Assembly: GCA_054661495.1 (NCBI GenBank)
Contig: BAAFSQ010000123.1
Coordinates: 1 to 28,466 of the forward strand
Origin: Zygophlyctis sp. KS116
Taxonomy: Eukaryota; Fungi; Chytridiomycota
Direction: 5' to 3'
Length of the DNA: 28,466 bases
Every line of letters starts with the position of its first letter. The first letter of the stretch is position 1. Below the pieces are notes generated by a model. It was given only the letters and a program-made list of their open reading frames with translations. It was not told the DNA's origin and ran no database searches. Shown here in pieces: positions 10,486 to 19,571 of the stretch. A program made the translations under genes and the position numbers.

Positions 10486-11394
10486 TTAAATACCATTCCA
10501 TGTCCTTGTTTTATCTGAAATCACCACCATATCATATAATTCTCCTTCATCTTTTGCCAATCTTTCCAAGAGAGCTGCTGATAATGATTTTTTTAGTTTT
10601 GATAATACAGATGCCTTGATTGAAGTCTGTACTGATTCTGGTAAAGTTCTTACTAATGGAGTAAGCGTAAACACTACTCGAAGAGGAACTAGATCTGAAA
10701 TAAATGCAGAAGATGATTTTGGATCTAACGGAGTTATAGTTACTCTTGTTGTTTTTGATCTTAAATCTTTAATATTGTTTGATGGTGACTTTGGTCTTTT
10801 AAAAGCAGGTGAAGTAGGAATCGACCAATCCATACTTTTGAGTTCCTGTAATATTGATGATACATCCTTGTCAATCGAATCAATCAATCCTCTTGTAGAT
10901 ACTGTTGTGTGATTGAAATTGTGTTCTTTTTTATTAGATATTGAATTGTTTGATTTAATTGAAGAACTGTACTCGTCCATTGATCTTGCTCCATGAATAG
11001 ATTCATTTGATGATGATGCTCTTATACTACGAAATGCATTCGGAGGTCTAGATGGCATACTTAGAGGTCTTCCACTTAAAGCCAATGATTTCTGAATTGG
11101 AATTTCCAATATTTTCCTTAAATGAATAGAATCATTTGTCCAAAGCCTGTTGATTCTCTTGACTTCTCCAACGCCAACTCTATACATTACACAAATTCCT
11201 TCCAATGTATCATCCGGTTGAATTAAATGATGAATTATTTGATCTGAATCATTCTGGGATTTTACATCAAACGAATGCCTGTTCTTGATGCTCATTGCTG
11301 GAGATGAAGGACCTTTACTATTCTTATAGTCGAATGAATCAGTGAGATCTATCGGAGAAATCAGTGGATGGCTAGTCGTAGATGTTATTGACAT
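10486..11394 (-). CDS. Intracellular LysM-domain protein
   Basis: HLIQPDDTLEGICVMYRVGVGEVKRINRLWTNDSIHLRKILEIP is one LysM repeat. Ser-rich flanks, no signal peptide, intronless. Confidence 0.85.
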   Translation of the reverse strand: MSITSTTSHPLISPIDLTDSFDYKNSKGPSSPAMSIKNRHSFDVKSQNDSDQIIHHLIQPDDTLEGICVMYRVGVGEVKRINRLWTNDSIHLRKILEIPIQKSLALSGRPLSMPSRPPNAFRSIRASSSNESIHGARSMDEYSSSIKSNNSISNKKEHNFNHTTVSTRGLIDSIDKDVSSILQELKSMDWSIPTSPAFKRPKSPSNNIKDLRSKTTRVTITPLDPKSSSAFISDLVPLRVVFTLTPLVRTLPESVQTSIKASVLSKLKKSLSAALLERLAKDEGELYDMVVISDKTRTWNGI

Positions 11395-11426
11395 TCTGAA
11401 ACGAAAAAAAGGAAAATTTACGAGTT

Positions 11427-12465
11427 TTAAATCGAATCGAATATTTCCATCAAGGATTTAGATATAATCCGAATATTATAATCAATCAATCCTTGTTTGT
11501 CTAGTGCATCTTCCCTAATTAATGCAACTATTACCAAATGTGAATTTACAGGTCTCAAGTATAATTGTCCATTATTAAGGCTAATAATTGACTCATCATT
11601 CTTGATATCTGTTGAAAAAGTTGCTGTATTCCCATATATACTTGACATATCTAGTACCACATCTATTACATCTGAACATAATTCATAAGTTCCTATATCT
11701 ACAGGAGATGAATCAGTTGCGATATAAATCTTTGACATTGCATCAAATAAAAAAACTTTTTCAATTCCAGAATTCTAACCTTTAATTGATTCAACTTACA
11801 GAACAGAGTATATTAAGTAGAGATTCAAGTGTAGGAAGTTGTGGAATTAGTTTTTGTACAACTTTTGAAAATGCTTCAAAAATTGAATGATCATAGATTG
11901 AAGTTAGATAAAAACTTAGATAAACTGATTCTAGTCCTGCATCCATAAATTCATCTGTTAATCTTTGAAGTATATCTCGTTGAGTATCTATTAATTTAGA
12001 AAAAATAGAATAGTACCAATTTTATAATCATCAGACAGTCCATCTACCTTGTGAATAAAAACTTCAAAATTAATTTTTGGATTGATATAGTATGCACGCG
12101 ATACAGTTAAGAATAAGCGATGTAACGCTTCAAGATAATCTTCTTGAACATCAATCACAAATATTAGAGCGCCACATTTCCTAAATAAATCATCAAAATC
12201 CATGACGGTATCAGAAAAATTCCATAAATTAGGAAAATCTTCCACTCGTAAGTCTACAAACGATCTGACATCAGACTAGAGAAATACCTAATTTCATCCT
12301 TTTCCTTTGAGTTTGATTCTAAAAATAATGTTTCATTTGGTGACATTTTCTGAAAAACCACTTTAGCAATTGATGATTTCCCTCCTCTACAGTTAGATTG
12401 GGAAAATACCTCTTTAGGCCCATCAGTGCCAGTAACGGTTTTGAGGAAAAAGTATTATATTTCAT
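11427..12465 (-). CDS. GTR2: Rag GTPase Gtr2/RagC-D
   Basis: Introns 12387-12409, 12265-12287, 11988-12016 and 11775-11799 give [74 protein letters not shown] and [12 protein letters not shown], all collinear with RagC. Confidence 0.96.
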
Positions 12466-12467
12466 TT

Positions 12468-13622
12468 CTAAAACTCAAAATTCGACCAAATTTCAGTCTT
12501 CCAATTAGAAAATTTGTCCTGAAGAAATTCTTGATTTGAATCTTGAACTGAAATTGGTTCGTTTGGATCAATTAGAGGCTTTTTAACTACTGGAAATACT
12601 GGAGAGGCTATTCCTGGAGAGGCCAAAGAAGAAACTGCAGGAGATGAAACATGCATAATAGGTTGAGCTTGTGGATAAGCATAATAATCTTGTGTAGAGA
12701 CAGGTTGAGGAGGTCGAATCATTGATTGAGGAGTTGTGGGTGCAATTCCTTTACCCCAACTTAATTTTACTCTTGTTCCATTTAGTAGAAATCCATTCAT
12801 ATTATTAATAGCCATTTCAGCACTTGATCGATACACAAATTGAATAAATGCACATCCTTTACCTTGAGGTATCTTAATTCCTACAATATCACCATAACCA
12901 GCAAAAAAATTTCTAATATCATCTTCTGTAGTAGTTGGTGCAGTATTTCCAACATAAACTGTAGCATCTGGTTCAGCATAACCTAAATAAACAGGAGGTA
13001 CATAAGCAGATGAAACAAGAGTAGGTGTAGCTAATTGTATAGAACTATAACTTGATCTATATTTTTGAGTTGCAGCAGACACTCTAATTGGTCTACCTCC
13101 ACAAATTACACCTTGCATTTCCATCATTGCTCTTTGTTGTTCTCTTTCATCACCAAATTTTACAAATCCATACTGTTTTGATTGACCAGTTCCAGGATCC
13201 ATGACAACTTTTGCAGATCTAACAGACACATATTTTTTTTGAAATACTTGTAATAGTTGATGATCTCTTACATCCATCGCAAGATCACCTACAAATACAC
13301 TATACTCTGCAGCGGTACTATTATCAGCTTTAAAAGCAGTCGGCATTGATCCAGGACCAGATCCAACGGCAGACCAATTCAATTTAAAGTATCTATTAGT
13401 TCCAGGCATAGGATTACCATTTAAAGAATTCATAACTCTTAAAGCGATTGCATGAGAACCAAATTCTACAAAACAATAACCTGAATTCTGTCCAGTTGTT
13501 TTATCCTTGATCATCTTTACAGAGGCTACTTGCTCTCCGAATGACTGATATAACTTTCTAATGAATAAATCATCCATATACACTTCTAAATCTCCCATCC
13601 ATAGTGTTTTAACGTCTTGCAT
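12468..13622 (-). CDS. NAM8: Three-RRM RNA-binding protein of the Nam8/Ngr1/RBP45-47/TRNAU1AP family
   Basis: TLWMGDLE, SGYCFVEF, FKLNWS, EYSVFVGDLA, SKQYGFVKFGDEREQQRAM, KGCAFIQF, RVKLSWGK. First in-frame ATG is at 13622; the ORF-track start at 13703 is TTG. Intronless. Confidence 0.88.
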   Translation of the reverse strand: MQDVKTLWMGDLEVYMDDLFIRKLYQSFGEQVASVKMIKDKTTGQNSGYCFVEFGSHAIALRVMNSLNGNPMPGTNRYFKLNWSAVGSGPGSMPTAFKADNSTAAEYSVFVGDLAMDVRDHQLLQVFQKKYVSVRSAKVVMDPGTGQSKQYGFVKFGDEREQQRAMMEMQGVICGGRPIRVSAATQKYRSSYSSIQLATPTLVSSAYVPPVYLGYAEPDATVYVGNTAPTTTEDDIRNFFAGYGDIVGIKIPQGKGCAFIQFVYRSSAEMAINNMNGFLLNGTRVKLSWGKGIAPTTPQSMIRPPQPVSTQDYYAYPQAQPIMHVSSPAVSSLASPGIASPVFPVVKKPLIDPNEPISVQDSNQEFLQDKFSNWKTEIWSNFEF

Positions 13623-14000
13623 TTTACCAACACTGGCACAGACGCTCACCTTTTCTTTATTAGAGTGCCTATAAGAGTGCTCAGGTTTGGGTGAAATTTT
13701 CAAGTATAAATAGGCTCAAGAGGTCTAGGAGTCACATTCTTTTTTTTCAAAAGGAAAAAAGAATCGAGATCTTTACTGTTGAGGGGCAGTATTATGCTGT
13801 AAATTTCTCTACAAAGTTCTCTTAGAAGAAAACAATTCCTCTTTCCTTTAAGTAGTTGAGAGAGGTCTTGTAGTCCCTATATTCTATATCTTTTCCTAGT
13901 GGCTAGATCACTGTGAAGGTTGAGAAAAACCATAGGGAATACATTTTAATAATTATCAATAACATTTTATTTTTATTAACAATCTCTCTTGTCTAGTCAT

Positions 14001-14856
14001 TTACTTTTTATCTGTAGCCGCAACTTTTTTAGGAGACTTAACTGGAGATTTCTTTGGAGACTTTACAGGAGATTTCTTAACGGCAGTTGCAGCCTTTTTA
14101 ACTGGAGACTTTTTAACAGCCGATTTAGTTGCAGGCTTTTTAACTGGAGATTTCTTTGCGACCACCTTTTTAACTGCAGTTTTTCTAGCAATTGCTTTTG
14201 ATTTTTCAGCAACTTTTTTGGCTGCTGGAGATTTAGTTTTCTTGGCTGCAGTCTTTTTAGGGGAAGCTGCTGGTTTAACTGGAGAAGCAATCTTTTTAGG
14301 AGAAATATCCTTTTTAGGGGAAGAAGCAGTCTTTGTTTTCTATTTTCAGAATAGATTCAATTACCTTTTCAGCGACTTTCTTGGCTGCTGGTTTCTTTAC
14401 AGCTTTCTTAACAGGAGATGCCACTTTCTTAACAGGAGATGCAGCCTTTTTAACAGGAGATGCAGCCTTTTTAACTGGCGCTTTCTTGACTGGAGCAGAC
14501 TTGGCTTTGTCATCAGAAGCCAATTTAAAAGTTCCTTTGGTTTGAAGAAAGATCTTCTCAGAGACTCCCTTCTTAATTGCGATATTCAAGTGGGTAATAT
14601 AAGTAGTTGGAAGTCCCTGTTATCAGATCAGATGTAATTTTACCTTGTTATTGGCTTCAACATATCTTTTAATTGCTTGGCGACTAGATCCTTTTTTCTC
14701 CTTCTAAAAGGTTAGAATCAAGTAACGGCGCGGTTAGAATTCCTTGGGAAAATTACTTACCAATTGGATGATTGCATCTTTAATCATTTCCTTGAAGGAA
14801 GGATGAGATGGTTTAGTCTTGACATTTTTGGGTTTAGCGGCTGCTGATTTTGCCAT
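14001..14856 (-). CDS. H1: Linker histone H1
   Basis: Globular domain SHPSFKEMIKDAIIQLKEKKGSSRQAIKRYV...QTKGTFKL after removing introns 14704-14760, 14617-14643 and 14340-14364. K/A/P-rich tail with many SPKK/SPVK motifs. TAA at 14001-14003, then AATAAA. Confidence 0.95.
14399..14485 (-). repeat. Coding 21-bp tandem repeat (KKAASPV-type units) in the H1 tail
   Basis: ttaacaggagatgc recurs with a 21-bp period and translates to APVKKAASPVKKAASPVKKVASPVKKA. Confidence 0.85.
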
Positions 14857-14866
14857 TTTTTTCTTG

Positions 14867-14874
14867 TGACGTCA
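14867..14874. promoter_or_regulatory. CRE/ATF palindrome TGACGTCA, 10 nt upstream of the H1 ATG
   Basis: Perfect bZIP-site palindrome in CpG-poor intergenic DNA. Function is inferred only. Confidence 0.45.
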
Positions 14875-15173
14875 TCGGGCTCTAGATTACCTTTATAGTC
14901 AATTGTTGGCAAGTTTGATCACTCATATAATTTTTTTTGATTCAAGTTTAATGATTTGGAAAGATTATGTGATAGATCTGTACAACTTGATTGGGTAATT
15001 TAAGCAAATTAGAAGTGTTTAAATTCAAGATCAGTCGTAGATCAAATAGAAATGCGATATTTATTAATTTCAATCTTACTAAAAACAGGGGAAAAAGTAG
15101 ATTTAATGTTTAAAGGTTGATTTGGCATGGTAGATTCAGTGTTCAAATATATCAGGTGATTGATTCACAAAAG

Positions 15174-15202
15174 ACGCGATACGGACGCGTTGCTTTCGCG
15201 TT
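15174..15202. promoter_or_regulatory. MCB/SCB-like cell-cycle element cluster (ACGCGA, ACGCGT, TTTCGCG)
   Basis: Three CGCG cores at 15175, 15186 and 15197, just upstream of ATG 15213, in the promoter region shared divergently with H1. Confidence 0.65.
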
Positions 15203-15212
15203 GAGATAAAAC

Positions 15213-16427
15213 ATGTCCAGATACTCTTTAAGGAATAGAAGCTCATGCGTCAATGAGCATCGTGAATGGGAAGAGAATAAAATTACAAATTCTAATTTAT
15301 CAAATTCATTGATGGCTGGAAAGAGAGCAGCTTACAATATGGAATCTAATCTTTCTCCGAGTATTTTGACAAAATTCCAAAGAATGACTACATTCTCTCC
15401 ACACAATCCAAGGTAATTAAATTTTCAAATTGATCTCTAGGAGTGCAAAAAAGGCAGCTCATAGCCTACTTAACACCTCTGTTAAAAATGATGCTGTAGA
15501 TAAAAATGTTTTTATTCAGGATATAGACAGCCTAATTAAAAGTTGTGATCCGGTATTCAAGATTTTTTAAACCTTTAGAATTCAACAAATGTACTAGAAC
15601 ATCTTGCCATGACTGATGCTGATATTTTGCCTGTTGAATTACCAGAGAGGTATAATTACCAGGTATGGGAAGATCCAGGACTAGCAAAGGATACTGTGGT
15701 AGAGGAAATTAAGAAGCCTTCTGAATTTGAAGTAAATGAAAAAGAAAATCTATGGAGACCTTCGGCTATTTTACATGCATTTTCCCCTTTTAAGAGAAAT
15801 AGGGAAGAAAGGGCGCTCAAAGCACTTAGTATTGCTTCATTTCCTGAATATTTACAACTAAAGGGCCAGTTCTTTAACGAGTTGGGAAAATCATTCTTTA
15901 AGAGAAAGGAGAAGGATCTTTCTCGATTTAGAGCAACTAAGATCAATTTGTTTAGGAATAGATATCACACACAGCAAGAATATCCCAGATTGGATAGTAC
16001 CAATAGCAAACCTATTAACTTGACAACTGATGTTGATCCTATTTGCAAGATTCCCACTCCAGAGATTGCAAAACGTGCTTTGGTTAGCACTACCGTTATT
16101 CAATATAGCCCTATTGAACAGTCTCAAAGATCGGCATTTAGGCCTGTCAGTAAAGATGGTAGTACTAACATGAATGTTGACAAATGCAAGCCAAAGGCAA
16201 CAGAAAATCATGATTTGAATGACACACCTTTCAACACTCCTCGCTCAGAATTTATAAAGAGGTCAGTTGATCATGATCTTTCTTCAAAGAATGTCCAAGA
16301 TACCAAGGAACATAAGCGTAATTTAAGGCCCAGACCAACAAGGCCACCAACTCTGTTTGGATTTGCATCTGATTGCAGTGAAGATGATACATATGCTTCA
16401 AATAAATCCAGAAAACGAAGGAAATAA
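15213..16427 (+). CDS. Hypothetical basic nuclear protein with SP/TP sites, a KEN motif and a C-terminal NLS
   Basis: Introns 15413-15440 and 15553-15578 join ORFs 15213..15416 and 15609..16427 in frame. Ends KSRKRRK. No family recognised. Confidence 0.7.
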
Positions 16428-16580
16428 TTTAATGTCAGTTCCCCTGTTTCATTAGTTTAGAATAAACCATTTTTTGTACTTAATTGAACCATTTCATTCC
16501 AATTAATGAATTATTCCTATTCCTTGGTTGGGATAATAAAACAGTAAAAAATAATTTATTAGCTGCTATAATTACAAAAA

Positions 16581-17986
16581 TTAGTTTTCGCTGAAAGAAT
16601 ATACGGCAACATATCCAGCTTCATAACAAGGTACAAAAACTTCAGAAAATCCATCACCTAGTTAATTAGCTAAAACAGAGCAAAAATATTACCATTAACA
16701 TCTCCTACTGCGATTCCACCGACGGTTGAATGGCAATTATGAAATCCAACCGCATCATAATCCCAATTATCAGGTGATTCTGATTTAGGGATTAGCATAT
16801 ATGCCTTTTGAGAAGCATCGCCAGCCAAAGCAAGAAATGGCTTCATACTTTTATTATCTACATTTGGATAAAAAGCAACAGGAAGTCCAGGAGCAGCGGC
16901 TTTAGTTCCTTTTTGCAGTACATGAAAATCTCCAGTGGCAAGAACATGACGTGTCCATGATGTAGTCGTAGAAAATCCAGGCTGATACTGATACGCAAGC
17001 ATTGATCCCTTGATCTTTTCCTTCTCTTCTTGGTGGTTTGTAATAACTATCTCAGGCTATTTTCAATATAAGTTAATCACACCTTTCCATCATTATTAAT
17101 GTCAAAAACAGATAGTCCCAAAACATGTCCTGCATTTCTAATTATTAATTAAAAAGTGATGATTACCTTTCAACCACGAAAGTTCGCAATGCAGATCTCT
17201 CTGAAAATCGACCCAACGGATCAACAGTCTTGATGATTGAAATTCGGCTACTCCAATATTCAACGGTAACAATCTCAGGAACACCATCCAAATCTAAATC
17301 AACTATAGAAAATAATGTATCACAATTGGCACTTAATACTGTTTCTATCCAAGGACCTGTAGGATTCTTACGATCTTTAGGTACAAGATAAGTCAAATTT
17401 CCATGACCCCGTCCATTCATGGGTGACACTGTGGCTCGACACGTTAGAATATCTAATTCCCCATCATTATCGACATCATGAAATACAAGTTGATGATAAA
17501 AATAGTTCCTCGCCATAAAAATCTTGATCATCCGTCCCTGTTCACCAGTTGAGGATCTAATAAACTTAAAATCGATTTGATTACTCACCTTGCAGAGAAC
17601 CAAATTCCACCATTTGTTTTAGTTGGAACTAAAAATCCACCAGCCACTACGACACCATCCATTCCAAAAACTGATTTAGGAGCTTGTAAAACATAATTAG
17701 GCCAAGTTACATCACCGGCAATCTTTTTGAGTCTTGGAGTTGTACTTCCTAGTGCAGCAATTCCAGCATCTTGATAAAACGCAACGCCGTCCGGATTGTG
17801 AAAGGGATCAAAACCAAATGATGTCACAAATAATGATGGGTCTTTCTCATCTTCAAAATGGATCAAATCGCAATATGCTGCTTTTGGAACAGTTATATTA
17901 GATATCATTTTAAAGCTTCTAGGAAGAGCTGCAAATCCATTACAAGATCCACTCAATGCTAATACTGACAAGATAAATTGCAACAT
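16581..17986 (-). CDS. Secreted FG-GAP/VCBS-like beta-propeller protein with DxDxDG Ca-binding loops
   Basis: Signal peptide MLQFILSVLALSGSCNG. Repeats DVDNDGELDIL, DLDLDGVPEIV, DINNDGKPEIV and DVNGDGFSEVF. Introns 17557-17588, 17138-17166, 17057-17082, 16658-16692. Confidence 0.85.
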
Positions 17987-18157
17987 TTAATAAAGATGTC
18001 GGTTCCAGTTGACTACTAGAGGCTTAGTCAAGCCCGTTCGCCTTAATCATGGGATTGGAAGCCATGACGCTTTTAAGGCCTCAAAAGATTAATGCGTCTA
18101 AAAGAGTTTATTGGATCCTATCAATCACCCTTATTCTAACAATATTCACAGTGGCAT

Positions 18158-19396
18158 CTAGTTTTGATCAAAATTCTCCAAGAGAAAGCCTCCCAAAATA
18201 GCAGTGGCAATAAGAACTGGGAGAGCATCTGGACTGTCGGTCTGGCATTCTGGACATTCAAGGCTATTCTTTCCAATAGCCTGATGAACAAGAGTTGGGA
18301 TGCATTCTCCACAAAATCTGTGCTTGCATGGTTCTACTTCAAGACTGGGAAAAGGTTGATTGCATCGACTACAATTTGGCAGATTTTGTCTTTGTCGAGT
18401 TCCTCGCTTTCTAAAAGTGGTATCAATTATTTCATGAACAAGGGAAGACGATGAATATGATCCTTGTCCAGACGGCAATGCTCTTTCAGCTTTTAAAGCT
18501 TCATTAGCCTTTCTAAAGTTTCATTTTCAAAATATTTACCTCATTGATGCTCTTCGCTGATTCATTCCACATTTATTACAGAGATAATTTGCATAATTTT
18601 CACGGTCTCGTCGCCACTTACCTGCAGACTTGTATGTCAGACAATTAGCACATCGGCGGCGCGTATCAGAGGAAACTTCAGCGACTGTTGTGCTTCCAGA
18701 ATTACCATCCTGACAGTTAATATTAGTAAAACATACAACATCATATCCAGGAACATAATCACAAGGAGAATAGGATTCGCCATTATGTTGATGACTGGAA
18801 GCTCTTGGAGTTTTCGAATGGTCAAATTGAGAGCTGTCATGATTAGCTTTTAAAATGATTTACTTTTGGCGCTGATTAAGACGGCCTCGTCGTTGATTCA
18901 TTCCGCAATTGTTACAAAGCCATTTGTTTGGTTCTTCTAAATCGGATCTCCAGTAGCGAGAATATGTGGTCTCACAGCGATTGCATTTTCTTGACGCCAA
19001 TCTTTTTTGCACTTCCGGCATTGGTAATGGCTGATCTATCGATGCAGTATGCCAACCACGATAGGCCAGAGGACCAGTCATTCTGGTCTTTATAAGTCCA
19101 GTAGATTTTAATTTGGTAACTGCATTTCGTATTCCAGATGCGGTACTTTAGGTCAATGAATAAATAAATTACTGATTTAATTGTTCGGCTAATTGCTCAT
19201 TAGTGAACCATTGGTCAGAATGTGTCATGAGAAACATTTTTAATTCTTCAGGGACATTTTTGGGTTTTTGTATGATGATAATATCTTGGGGTTGCAAAAC
19301 CGCGTCTCTTTCATGTTTTAAACTAGATTCGGACAAGTAGGAAAGAGCGGCTGGTGAACAAGGTATAATATCTGGGGGGAAAGCTGCTTGATTCAT
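18158..19396 (-). CDS. Multi-domain regulator: winged-HTH-like domain, two GATA-type zinc fingers, C3HC4 RING
   Basis: Introns 19146-19172, 18834-18863, 18710-18736 (in-frame, probable) and 18513-18539 join the ORF fragments. Motifs CNRC-x19-CNNC, CANC-x20-CNKC and CSRC..CKHRFCGEC..CPEC. Confidence 0.8.
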
Positions 19397-19462
19397 CGAT
19401 TGGGTATATTACTGCTGTTATTATTACTCAAGTTGAAAGAAGAAGGCTCTTTCAACTATAAA

Positions 19463-19503
19463 ACGCGGTGCGTGTTATCAACGCGTTTGATGCGCGTTTC
19501 GTG
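19463..19503. promoter_or_regulatory. MCB/SCB-like cluster upstream of the GATA-RING gene
   Basis: ACGCG at 19463, CGTG at 19471, ACGCGT at 19481, CGCGT at 19493, and TTTCGTG (CACGAAA on the minus strand) at 19497-19503. Confidence 0.55.
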
Positions 19504-19571
19504 CAACAATAGTGACGTAACCATTATGATGACCCGGTGACTTGTACCAGGCTGTGTTTATTGGGCTGGAT

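Noticed and set aside
13930-14000. Metazoan-type histone 3' stem-loop downstream of H1
   Set aside because: No such hairpin is seen. AATAAA signals and introns indicate an ordinary polyadenylated mRNA.
13989-14637. Several ORFs on both strands over histone H1
   Set aside because: Shadow frames of the repetitive K/A/P/S coding sequence.
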